Notes under the pieces: generated by a model | What the model was told of the DNA's origin: nothing | The model's database searches: none | What the model saw: the letters and a program-made list of their open reading frames with translations, nothing else | Assembly (NCBI GenBank): GCA_027340875.1 | Contig: DAIENX010000002.1 | Coordinates: 25,429 to 89,428, forward strand | DNA length: 64,000 bases | Direction: 5' to 3' | DNA from: Elusimicrobiota bacterium | Lineage (GTDB): Bacteria; Elusimicrobiota; Elusimicrobia; Elusimicrobiales; UBA9959 | Position numbers and translations under genes: made by a program | Shown: one piece after another, positions 1 to 7,951 of the stretch | How positions within the stretch are numbered: position 1 is the stretch's first letter | How the letters are laid out: each line of letters begins with the position of its first letter

Positions 1-137
1 CTAGCCTTTTCAGTCTATTGCAAGACCGGTCTTTCCATTTTGTAGGATAAGGACAGGGGGATAGCTTCACGGTCCAGTTCATCGGCCGCGCCGAGGGGCG
101 CGGGGCCGCACTGTCCCCGTCAATCAAAGGGGGGAAA

Positions 138-776
138 ATGAACAAGAACATGAGAGTAACGACGAAGGCCAGGCACGCCTATACGCAGGCGTACGCCAAC
201 TACCTGCGCAGCGGGAACCTGGAGGAGGCCACGCGGCAGGTGGCGCAGGAGATTTACGAGCACAGGGGCAAGGCCCCCGGCACTCCGGACGGAGACTGGG
301 CGGAAGCCGCTAGGATAACGGCCGAATGGCCGGAGACGATAACGGAGGCCTCGGAGTCGCACCTGTTCGACAAGGCGCTGGCGAAGACGCGCGCCTGGCT
401 GAAGGACGTGGAAACGGAGCTGGACTACACCAATCCGAACGACGCCTACCGCGCCCTGCGCGCCGTTCTGCACGCCATCCGCGACAGGCTGCCGGTGCAG
501 GAGTGCGCCGAGTTCGCCTCGCAGATGCCGGTGTTGATAGCCGGCATGTATTACAGCGGCTGGACCCCGGCCAACAAGCCGGAGAAGCTGCGCACCGAGA
601 CGGAGTTCTTCGGGAAGGTGGGCGCCGCGCTGCCGCCCGGGGCGGACCCGGAGCGCGTTACCAGGGGCGTAATAGCCGTCCTGCAGAAGCATATCTCCCC
701 GGGGGAGATGAAGGACGTGAAGAGGAACTTTCCCGAGCGCCTGCGGTACCTCTGGGAGACCGAGGGAACGCACTGA
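138..776 (+). CDS. conserved hypothetical protein, DUF2934-like N-terminus plus DUF2267-like body
   Basis: 212-aa ORF with a purine-rich SD (AAAGGGGGGAAA) directly upstream of ATG 138. EIYEHRG..PDGDWAEA and ..HISPGEMKDVKRNFPERLRYLW resemble these DUF families as I recall them; not searched. Confidence 0.45.
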   Translation: MNKNMRVTTKARHAYTQAYANYLRSGNLEEATRQVAQEIYEHRGKAPGTPDGDWAEAARITAEWPETITEASESHLFDKALAKTRAWLKDVETELDYTNPNDAYRALRAVLHAIRDRLPVQECAEFASQMPVLIAGMYYSGWTPANKPEKLRTETEFFGKVGAALPPGADPERVTRGVIAVLQKHISPGEMKDVKRNFPERLRYLWETEGTH

Positions 777-821
777 GCCGGGAGGCGGGGCCGCTCCCGC
801 CGCGGTGAGCGGGGGGAGCGG

Positions 822-1535
822 TCAGGCCTTGAGCAGCGGGAGCACGGCCTTCTCCAGGTCGCGCGCGAAGGCGGTGTTCAGCAGGTCGGCCGGCCTGCCG
901 AGGGCCGTTTCCAACCCGTCGTCGAACCGGATGCCCGGGGAGGAGCCGGCGCGGCCGGAGCGGCCGCGCATGTTCTCCACCACGCCCAGCAGCGGTACCC
1001 CCAGCCTGCGGTAGAGCTCCAGCGAGCGCTCCAATACCGACCTGGCCATAACCGACGGGGTCGTCACCGCCAGCACCTCGGCCTTGGGCAGCAGCCTTAT
1101 GGCGTCGAGCGCGGTGTCGTTTATGCCGGGGGGCATGTCCACCACCAGGAAATCAAGGTCGCCCCACAGGGTGACCGCCAGCATCTCCACCACCGCGCCG
1201 GAGATATCGGCGCCGCGCAGCGGCACCGCCCTGCCCGAAGAGAAGAAAGAGACCGACATGAACCTTACGCCGGACACCTCCGGCGGAAGAAGGCCCATCT
1301 CCTCCTCCGGGTAGGCGCCGTCGGCGCCCAGGGCCACGTGGGCTGACGCCCCGCAGAAGTCCAGGTCGGCCAGACCGGTCCTGTAGCCTTTCTTCGCCAG
1401 CAGCAGGGCCAGCGTGGAGGCCGTGACGCTCTTGCCTATGCCGCCTTTCCAGCCGGTGACGGCGATGACGCGCTTCACCCTGGCCAGCCTGTCTCCTATG
1501 ACCGAGGGCCTCGGGTCTATCCTCGTCGGGGTCAT
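822..1535 (-). CDS. Mrp/MinD-family P-loop ATPase, probable ATPase-type HypB (nickel-insertion partner of HypA)
   Basis: Start taken at Met62 of ORF 822..1718 (ATG 1533-1535), which overlaps the hypA stop as ATGA. Deviant Walker A VTGWKGGIGKSV and DLDF / VVDMPPG motifs are typical of Mrp/NBP35/MinD. The upstream part of the ORF is Arg/Pro-rich and overlaps hypA. Confidence 0.6.
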   Translation of the reverse strand: MTPTRIDPRPSVIGDRLARVKRVIAVTGWKGGIGKSVTASTLALLLAKKGYRTGLADLDFCGASAHVALGADGAYPEEEMGLLPPEVSGVRFMSVSFFSSGRAVPLRGADISGAVVEMLAVTLWGDLDFLVVDMPPGINDTALDAIRLLPKAEVLAVTTPSVMARSVLERSLELYRRLGVPLLGVVENMRGRSGRAGSSPGIRFDDGLETALGRPADLLNTAFARDLEKAVLPLLKA

Positions 1536-1933
1536 TTTTCCCCCTTGAGGTATTTGATGTAGACGCCGCGGCCCGACTTCACCTCGAAGTCGGGGCTCGC
1601 GCAGGCGGGGCAGGCCAGGAAGGCGTGAGCGAGCTCCGGTATGAAATGGATGTTCTCGCCTTCCTCGTCGGTCTTCTTCAGGTGCTCCAGCGTGAAGTCC
1701 TTGCCGCAGGCGCGGCACCCGAAGGCGGCGGCTTCCTCTATGAGCTTGAAGCTGCAGGCGGGCGGCGGCGTGTCCTTGAGCAGCTCGCGCAGCGCCGTGG
1801 AGAAGATGTCCCTGTCTATGGCCTGCAGTTCGCCCAGCACCACGCCTATCTCCGAGAGTCTGCGGATCTTCTCCGAGGCCGCGTGCTTGTTAGCGGATTT
1901 TACCACCGATTCGGCTAGAGCCCATTCGTGCAT
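1532..1933 (-). CDS. hypA: hydrogenase nickel incorporation protein HypA
   Basis: 133 aa. N-terminal MHEWALA (MHE Ni-binding motif) and two CxxC pairs (CRACG, CPACAS) forming the Zn site. Confidence 0.85.
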   Translation of the reverse strand: MHEWALAESVVKSANKHAASEKIRRLSEIGVVLGELQAIDRDIFSTALRELLKDTPPPACSFKLIEEAAAFGCRACGKDFTLEHLKKTDEEGENIHFIPELAHAFLACPACASPDFEVKSGRGVYIKYLKGEK

Positions 1934-1934
1934 A

Positions 1935-3113
1935 TCAGCGTCCTATGTCCGTGGGCGCGCGGCCCAGGGAGTTCAGCAGCTTCACAACGGCCTGGATGCG
2001 GGAAGGCACGTCGTCCTCCACGCCGGCCCGGCCGGGGTAGATCTCGTACTGCCTGCGGTACTTCACCGGGGTCACGTTGATCATCAGGGAGTTCGCGCCG
2101 GCCATCAGCCCTTCCCTGGCGCCGTTGTCCTTGTCGAGCGTCTCGAGCGCGGTGGTGACCAGGATGTTGGCCTCCGGGTTCATCAGCCGGGCTCGTGCTA
2201 TGGTGTCCAGCATGGAGCCCAGCGGCGGCAACTTCTCCGCGGAAAGCGGCGTCTCGGGGTGCGGGATGAACGGGCCGAAAGAGAACATCTCCGCGCCCAG
2301 CTCGGCGGTGAGCCGGATGTTCCTGAAGGTGTCGCGGTTGGAGCCGCCCGGCAGGCCGGCGAGGAAGCCCGTGATGATCATGTAGCCGAGTTCCCGGACG
2401 CCGCGTATCAGTTCCAGCCGCGCGTCCAGAGAAGCGCCGGGCTTCATGCGGCCGAACAGGTCCGGGTTCGAGGTCTCGAAGCGCATAAGTACGCCGCGGG
2501 CGCCGGCCTTGTAGAGCGCGGCGTAGGTGGAAAGCGGGCGCGGGCCGATGCTGACTATCAGCAGCACCGGGCAGCGCTTAAGGATGCCCGAGACTATGCG
2601 GGCGAGCTTCGCCTCGTCGTACCAGGGGTCCTCGCCGGACTGGAGCACCAGGGCCTTGAACCCCAGCTCCTTCACGGCGTATTCCACCGCGTCGAGGATC
2701 TCGTCCTCGGTCATGCGGTAGCGGCCGACGGCGGAGTTGTCGCGGCGCAGGCCGCAGTAGAGGCAGTTGGCCGCGCAATGGCTGGAGAACTCGAGGATGC
2801 CGTGCACGCAGCAGGAGTTGCCGAGCTTCTTCTGCCGTACGGCGTTGGCGCGCTCGTGGAGCGTGCGCGGCGCGGCGGCCAGCTTCCTGTCGGTGTCGCG
2901 CAGGCGGAAGAAGAGCCGGCGCCACTCGGCCATGATCTCCATGGCCTCGTCCTCCGGCACGGTCTGGATCACGAAACCGCCCTGCGCGTAGACGTAGTCG
3001 CCTACCGAGACGCTGGCCAGGCCCGTGTGCGCCTTCTTGGTCTCGTCGAAGTACTCTATGGTGGCGGCGAAGCCTTCTAGCTTTACCACCTTGCCGGGTA
3101 TGGCGTAGCACAT
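1935..3113 (-). CDS. hydE: HypC-like domain fused to HydE-type radical SAM maturase
   Basis: 392 aa. Residues 1-~70 (MCYAIPGKVVKLEG...GDYVYAQGGFVIQ) match the HypC/HupF pattern, including the invariant Cys2. The remainder carries SSHCAANCLYCGLRRDN (CX3CX2C followed by GLRRDN, characteristic of HydE) and a BioB/HydE-like TIM-barrel core. Confidence 0.75.
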   Translation of the reverse strand: MCYAIPGKVVKLEGFAATIEYFDETKKAHTGLASVSVGDYVYAQGGFVIQTVPEDEAMEIMAEWRRLFFRLRDTDRKLAAAPRTLHERANAVRQKKLGNSCCVHGILEFSSHCAANCLYCGLRRDNSAVGRYRMTEDEILDAVEYAVKELGFKALVLQSGEDPWYDEAKLARIVSGILKRCPVLLIVSIGPRPLSTYAALYKAGARGVLMRFETSNPDLFGRMKPGASLDARLELIRGVRELGYMIITGFLAGLPGGSNRDTFRNIRLTAELGAEMFSFGPFIPHPETPLSAEKLPPLGSMLDTIARARLMNPEANILVTTALETLDKDNGAREGLMAGANSLMINVTPVKYRRQYEIYPGRAGVEDDVPSRIQAVVKLLNSLGRAPTDIGR

Positions 3114-3122
3114 GGCGAGCTC

Positions 3123-4499
3123 CTAGAAGTAGAGGTCCCTGCGGCCCCTGGCTATCTGGGCGAGGCGCCTGCCGGCCTCTTCCCTCAGGGCCAGGTTCTC
3201 GATGCCGCCTACGCATCTGCGGATGAGCTCCCTGCCCTTCCGGCGCAGCCCGGCGTCGCCGAAGTCGCTCAGGTACTCGGCGAAGGTCAGGGCGGCGTTC
3301 AGGTCGCAGAACTTGTGGATGTGGCCGGGCTTGGAGAGCTCCATGAATCGCTCTCCGGTGCGGCCGCTGCGGTAGCAGGCCGTGCAGAAGCTGGGTATCA
3401 GGTCGCTCTCGGCCGCGGCGCGCACCACCTCGCGCAGCGGGCGGGCGTCGTGGATGTCGAACTGAGGCTGCCTGGCGCCGCTGCAGTAGCCGCCGGTCAC
3501 CGGCACGGAGCCGGCGGAAGCCTGCGAGACGCCGATGTCGAAGGCCCTGCGGCGGATCTCGGGACTTTCCCGGGTGGACAGGATGATGCCGGCGTAGGGC
3601 ATGGCCAGCCGGAGTATGGCTATCAGCTTCAGGAAGTCGGCGTCGCTGACGGGATGGGCCGGCTTGTAGCTGACCGAGGGGGCCTCGCGCAGCCTTGGCA
3701 CGGAGATGGTGTGGGGGCCGACGTTGTGCACTGCCTCCAGGTTCCTCGCGTGCGCGGCCAGGCCCAGCAGCTCGAAGCGCCAGTCGTAGAGCCCGAACAG
3801 GACCCCCAGGCCGACGTCGTCTATGCCGCCCTCGAAGGCTCGGCCCGGAGCCCCGAGCTGCCGCTCATAGTCCGCTTTGGGGCCGGTGTGCAGGCTCTCG
3901 TAGGTGGGGCGGTGATAGGTCTCCTGGAAAAGCTGGTAGGTGCCGATGCCGGCCTCCTTGAGCTTTCTGTAGTTCTCTGGTGTGGTGGCGGCGATGTTGA
4001 CGTTGACCCTGCGGATGTTGCCCTTCGGGACCTTCACCGAGTAGATCCTCTTTATCACGCTTACGATGTAGTCTATCGTGTTGCGGGACGGGTCCTCGCC
4101 GGCCTCGAGCAGGATGCGTTTGTGGCCCTGGCCTATCAGGAACCTGGTCTCCCTCTCCACCTCGGCCAGCGTCAGCTTGCGCCTGCTCATGCTCCTATTG
4201 GCGGAGCGGAAGTTGCAGTAGCAGCACTCGTTGACGCAGTGGTCGGAGACGTAGAGCGGCGCGAACAGGACCAGCCTGCGCCCGTATATCTCGCGCTTTA
4301 CTTCGGAGGCGGCGCGGAACAGCCGCTCGGTCAGCGCGGTATCGGTGACGTGCACCAGCCTGGCGACGTCGGCCAGGGCGAGGCCTTTCTTCTTCCGCGC
4401 CTTCTCTATTATCGCGGCGATCTCGCCGTTCGACGGGTTCTTGGCCCTGTCGAGCATGTCCTGCAGGAAGCCGGTCCTCAGCGATAGCGGCACGGTCAT
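3123..4499 (-). CDS. hydG: HydG-type radical SAM tyrosine lyase (H-cluster CO/CN synthon maturase family)
   Basis: 458 aa. It has the ThiH/HydG N-terminal cluster motif SDHCVNECCYCNF and the HydG-specific C-terminal motif SFCTACYRSGRTGERFMEL...HIHKFCDLNA (CX2CX22C). Confidence 0.85.
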   Translation of the reverse strand: MTVPLSLRTGFLQDMLDRAKNPSNGEIAAIIEKARKKKGLALADVARLVHVTDTALTERLFRAASEVKREIYGRRLVLFAPLYVSDHCVNECCYCNFRSANRSMSRRKLTLAEVERETRFLIGQGHKRILLEAGEDPSRNTIDYIVSVIKRIYSVKVPKGNIRRVNVNIAATTPENYRKLKEAGIGTYQLFQETYHRPTYESLHTGPKADYERQLGAPGRAFEGGIDDVGLGVLFGLYDWRFELLGLAAHARNLEAVHNVGPHTISVPRLREAPSVSYKPAHPVSDADFLKLIAILRLAMPYAGIILSTRESPEIRRRAFDIGVSQASAGSVPVTGGYCSGARQPQFDIHDARPLREVVRAAAESDLIPSFCTACYRSGRTGERFMELSKPGHIHKFCDLNAALTFAEYLSDFGDAGLRRKGRELIRRCVGGIENLALREEAGRRLAQIARGRRDLYF

Positions 4500-4556
4500 A
4501 GGTTCCTCCGATCCATAGTTGTCTGCCTGTGCCCGGCCGTGGCCGGGAAAAATAGT

Positions 4557-5045
4557 TCAACGGGGCCCGAATTCCAGCAGGCAGCCCAGTATCAGCCGCG
4601 CGGAGCTCTCTACTTCCCGCGACAGGCCGGCGCCGTAGGCGGTGTTCTTGGGCTGTATGCCCAGAAACACGGTGCGGGCGCTGGTGTCCTCGCCTATTAT
4701 CCCGGCGACTACGCTCAGCGGTATGGAATGGGTGGAGAGGGTGCCTTCTCCGATGTGTTCCGGAGCTATGACGCGCACCTCGCCCGGGCTGCCGCCGAAA
4801 TCCGCCGCGTCGATGAATATCACCTTCGCCGGCTTCAGCCCGGCGGCCTTGTCGACCACGCTCTCCGGCCTATCGAAGGCGTTGATGAGTCTGAAGCCCA
4901 GCTCCCGGCCCAGCAGGCGGCCGCCGATGAACGGCCCCACCCCGTCGTCGCCCCTGAACGGGTTGCCGACCGTTATCACGAGGGTGTCGCCGCCCTCGCA
5001 GGGGGCCAGCGCCTGCCTGGCTTCAGCGGTTAACGTAGGTGACAT
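4557..5045 (-). CDS. [NiFe] hydrogenase maturation endopeptidase (HycI/HyaD/FrhD family)
   Basis: 162 aa. VGNPFRGDDGVGP motif and a downstream His (STHSIPL). Overlaps the 3' end of the large-subunit gene by 23 nt. Confidence 0.8.
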   Translation of the reverse strand: MSPTLTAEARQALAPCEGGDTLVITVGNPFRGDDGVGPFIGGRLLGRELGFRLINAFDRPESVVDKAAGLKPAKVIFIDAADFGGSPGEVRVIAPEHIGEGTLSTHSIPLSVVAGIIGEDTSARTVFLGIQPKNTAYGAGLSREVESSARLILGCLLEFGPR

Positions 5046-6351
5046 TGAGCATATGCGTCGAGCAGGAGATGCAGGGGTCGTAGGCCCTTACCAGCATCTC
5101 GAGCGCGAGCGTTATCTCCTCTTCGGTCTTGTGCAGTATCTCCGGCAGCAGTTTCTTCATGTCGTGCTGGATATTGTTGATGTTCTGGTTCGTCGGGATG
5201 ATGCAGTTGGCGTTGACTATGGCGCCCTTGGCGTCCGTCTGGTAGTTGTGGAACAGCGTCCCGCGCGGCACCTCCACGGCGCCCACGCCGTCCCCGGCGC
5301 GGAGCGGGACCTTGCCCTGTTCGTTCACCCCGACCAGCACCTGCTCGTCGTAGTTGATCCCGCGCTTGCGCAGGTCGTTCAGGATGGCGATCGCGTCCTC
5401 CAGGCAGTGCACGCACTCCACCAGCTGGGCGGCGGTGTTGAGGTAGGGGTTGCGGCAGACGGGTTTCAGGCCTATCCGCTCGGCCACGGCCTTGGCGTCC
5501 GGGTGCAGCTTGGCGGAGTTGAGATTGAAGCGGGCCAGCGCGCCTACCGCGTAGGACTCGCGGCTGAGCTTCGTGAACTTGGCGGAGGAGCGCGGGTCCA
5601 CGAACTCGTTGGTGACCTTCCTGTACTCCTTCTTGCTCATCCGCACGCCGTCCGTGGAGCCGATGTCCCCCTCCAGGAACGGGTACTCGGGGCCGTCGTT
5701 GACCATGGCCACGTACTCGGTGTCGCGCTCGAACTCCGGGAACTTGAAGCCGGCGGCCAGGTCCACGGTCACGGCCATGTCCGCGCGCATGCCGCGCAGG
5801 ATGTTCAGCATGCGGTCTATGTCGTGCTCGGAGGGCAGCTTGGTGAAGCCTCCGGCGACGCAGGAGATCGGGTGCACATGGCGGCCGACCAGGATCTCGC
5901 AGAGGTCGTTGCAGTCCTTCTTCATGCGCAGTGCCCGCCTGACCACCTTGTTGTGCGTGGCCACCAGCGGCACGAAGCTCTTGACCCCCAGCATGTCCGG
6001 GGCTACCAGCAGGTAGATGTGCAGGATATGGCTGTCCAGCGTCTCGAAGTGCATCAGCAGCTTGCGCAGCTTCAGGGTCTGGTCGGTGGGGGCTATCCCG
6101 AGGGCGTCCTCGGCGGCCTGTATGGAGGCCAGCGAATGGCCGCACGAGCAGATGCCGCAGATGCGGCTGGTGATGTGCTGCGCCTCGAACACCGAGCGGC
6201 CGCGCAGCATGCCCTCGAAGAAGCGCGGGGCCTCGACGACGTTGAACTCGCATTTCTCTATGCGGCCCTCCCTGACGTTGACCACGATGTTGCCGTGGCC
6301 CTCGACGCGGGTGACGTATTCGCTCTTGATGTCTACGTTCTTGTTAGCCAT
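5023..6351 (-). CDS. hyhL: [NiFe] hydrogenase large (alpha) subunit, group 3b type
   Basis: Start at MANKNV (ATG 6349-6351) inside the longer ORF 5023..6954. N-terminal Ni-Fe motif RICGICSCGHS and C-terminal DPCISCSTH followed by a short cleavable tail (MLNVTYVNR). Group 3b is inferred from the AsrA/AsrB-like partner subunits. Confidence 0.88.
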   Translation of the reverse strand: MANKNVDIKSEYVTRVEGHGNIVVNVREGRIEKCEFNVVEAPRFFEGMLRGRSVFEAQHITSRICGICSCGHSLASIQAAEDALGIAPTDQTLKLRKLLMHFETLDSHILHIYLLVAPDMLGVKSFVPLVATHNKVVRRALRMKKDCNDLCEILVGRHVHPISCVAGGFTKLPSEHDIDRMLNILRGMRADMAVTVDLAAGFKFPEFERDTEYVAMVNDGPEYPFLEGDIGSTDGVRMSKKEYRKVTNEFVDPRSSAKFTKLSRESYAVGALARFNLNSAKLHPDAKAVAERIGLKPVCRNPYLNTAAQLVECVHCLEDAIAILNDLRKRGINYDEQVLVGVNEQGKVPLRAGDGVGAVEVPRGTLFHNYQTDAKGAIVNANCIIPTNQNINNIQHDMKKLLPEILHKTEEEITLALEMLVRAYDPCISCSTHMLNVTYVNR

Positions 6352-7094
6352 TATTTCTTTCCTTCCCTGCACTTGTTGTACATGTCCATCTTCGCGGCTA
6401 TCATCGCGGGGGTCACGTTGTACTTGGCCATCACGTCCTTGGCGGCGTTCTCGCGCGGGTTGCTGATCATGCCGCGGCAGCCGTAGCAGACGTTGTTGTT
6501 GTTGACGCACCAGGAATTGCAGCCCGCCCTGGTGACCGGGCCCATGCAGGTCACGCCGCGCTCGTACATGCAGACGTTCTCGTTGAACTTGCACTCCACG
6601 CAGACCGGGTGGTCCGGCACGGTATAGGGCATCCCCTTCAGGATGTGCTTGAGGACCTCCACCAGCTCGGGGATGTAGGCCGGGCAGTTGTTGATGGTGT
6701 AGTCCACCTTGACCACCTGGTGCAGCGGCCTGGTCTTGGCGGTGGGGAAGCTCTTGTGGTCGGCGCCGTAGACGTACTTGCCTATCTCCTCCAGGTCGAA
6801 CGAGTTCTTCATCCCGTTCACGCCGCCGGTGGCGGCGCAGGCGCCGAAGGCCACCAGGACCTTGGCCCTCTCCCGGATCTTCTTGAGCCGTTCCGCGGAG
6901 TGGTCGTCGGTGACGCTGCCCTCCACGAACGCTACGTCGTACTTCCATTCCCACTTCTCGGACATGACCTCGCGGAACTCCACTACGTCCACCAGCTCGA
7001 GCACGTCGAGCAGGGTCTCGCCCATGTTGGCGAGCTGCAATTGGCAGCCCTCGCAGCAGGACAGATCGAAGAAAGCGACTTTAGGTTTTGACAT
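6351..7094 (-). CDS. hyhS: [NiFe] hydrogenase small (delta) subunit, group 3b type
   Basis: Start at MSKPKVAFFDLSCCEGCQ (Met44 of ORF 6351..7223). Has Cys clusters for the proximal, medial and distal FeS sites (GACAATGG, CPAY, CVECK..C, GCNSWC..CYGC). Its TAA stop overlaps the hyhL ATG by 1 nt (TAATG). Confidence 0.85.
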   Translation of the reverse strand: MSKPKVAFFDLSCCEGCQLQLANMGETLLDVLELVDVVEFREVMSEKWEWKYDVAFVEGSVTDDHSAERLKKIRERAKVLVAFGACAATGGVNGMKNSFDLEEIGKYVYGADHKSFPTAKTRPLHQVVKVDYTINNCPAYIPELVEVLKHILKGMPYTVPDHPVCVECKFNENVCMYERGVTCMGPVTRAGCNSWCVNNNNVCYGCRGMISNPRENAAKDVMAKYNVTPAMIAAKMDMYNKCREGKK

Positions 7095-7108
7095 GGCGGT
7101 CCTCCGGG

Positions 7109-7951
7109 TCACATCTTGGCTACGTTCTTTATCCTGTCGTAGCTGAACACCGGCCCGTCCTGGCAGCAGTAGTAGTTGTCGATGCTGTCGATCTGGCAGT
7201 GCCCGCACTTCCCCATGCCGCATTTCATGTGCCGCTCCAGGGAGAGGATGATGTTGCGCTCGGCTATCTTCTTCTTCAGCAGCTCGGAGATCACGAACTT
7301 GTACATGACAGGGGGGCCTACCACCACGGCGAAGGTCCTCTCCGGGTTGATCGTGACGCCCGGGATGATGGAGGTTATCAGGCCGATGTTGCCGGCCCAG
7401 TCCGGGCTGCCCTTGTCCACGGTCACGTTGAAGTTGACGTCCACCCGCTTCTGCCAGAACTCCAGGTCGTCGGCGAAGAGCATCTCGCTGGGGTTGCGGC
7501 AGCCCAGCAGGATGTCCACCTTGCCGAACTCGCGCCGGTTGTCGATCACGTAGTTTATCAGCGAGCGCAGCGGCGCTATGCCGAGGCCGCCCGCCACGAA
7601 GATCAGGTCGTTGCCGGCCAGCACCTTGACCGGGAAGCCCTTGCCGAACGGGCCGCGGATGCCGATCTCGTCGCCGGCCTCGAGGGCGTGCATAGCGTTG
7701 GTGACCCGGCCGGCCGCGCGCACGCAGAGCTCGAAGGAGCCGCGCTTGGTGGGGGAGGAGCAGAGCGAGATAGGGGCCTCGCCCACGCCGAAGACCGAGA
7801 CCTGGACGAACTGGCCTGGCTCGTAGTCCATCGCGCGGCCGTTGTCCAGCTCTATCTCGAAGAGCTTCTCCGAGGGGGTCATCCGCTTGACGCGGATGAT
7901 GCGGCCTTTCCTGACGCGCCAGTTAGAGTTGACGAGCTCTTCCTTTATCAT
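7109..7951 (-). CDS. hyhG: hydrogenase gamma subunit, FAD/NAD(P)-binding with 2Fe-2S (AsrB/PyrK-like)
   Basis: 280 aa starting at MIKEEL (Met243 of ORF 7109..8677). Ferredoxin-reductase-type fold motifs (GPFG, VAGGLGIAP) and a C-terminal CGMGKCGHCQ cluster. Confidence 0.8.
   Translation of the reverse strand: MIKEELVNSNWRVRKGRIIRVKRMTPSEKLFEIELDNGRAMDYEPGQFVQVSVFGVGEAPISLCSSPTKRGSFELCVRAAGRVTNAMHALEAGDEIGIRGPFGKGFPVKVLAGNDLIFVAGGLGIAPLRSLINYVIDNRREFGKVDILLGCRNPSEMLFADDLEFWQKRVDVNFNVTVDKGSPDWAGNIGLITSIIPGVTINPERTFAVVVGPPVMYKFVISELLKKKIAERNIILSLERHMKCGMGKCGHCQIDSIDNYYCCQDGPVFSYDRIKNVAKM

Noticed and set aside
1641-3080. 479-aa plus-strand ORF opposite hydE/hypA
   Set aside because: The translation is Arg/Ala/Gly/His/Val-rich with no motifs, typical of antisense frames in high-GC DNA. 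The opposite strand encodes proteins with clear HypA and HydE signatures.
4500-4556. Hairpin CCCGGCC-GTG-GGCCGGG between hydG and the protease gene as an internal terminator
   Set aside because: On the transcribed (minus) strand the T-run precedes rather than follows the stem, so it is not a canonical intrinsic terminator. It is possibly just an mRNA-stabilising stem.
5023-6351. Possible [NiFeSe] hydrogenase with selenocysteine
   Set aside because: There is no in-frame TGA. Both C-terminal ligands are ordinary Cys codons (DPCISCSTH), and no SECIS-like context was sought further.
4642-6486. 614-aa plus-strand ORF opposite the hydrogenase large subunit and protease
   Set aside because: Same high-GC antisense artefact. 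The minus strand carries unambiguous [NiFe] large-subunit motifs.
5023-6954. Long 643-aa version of the large-subunit ORF (and similar N-terminal extensions of ORFs 6351..7223, 7109..8677, 7948..9087, 822..1718, 47666..49708 and 55554..57737)
   Set aside because: The upstream portions overlap the preceding gene and translate to Arg/Pro/Gly-rich sequence. Internal Met codons that coincide with the upstream stop codon or an SD give proteins of canonical length.
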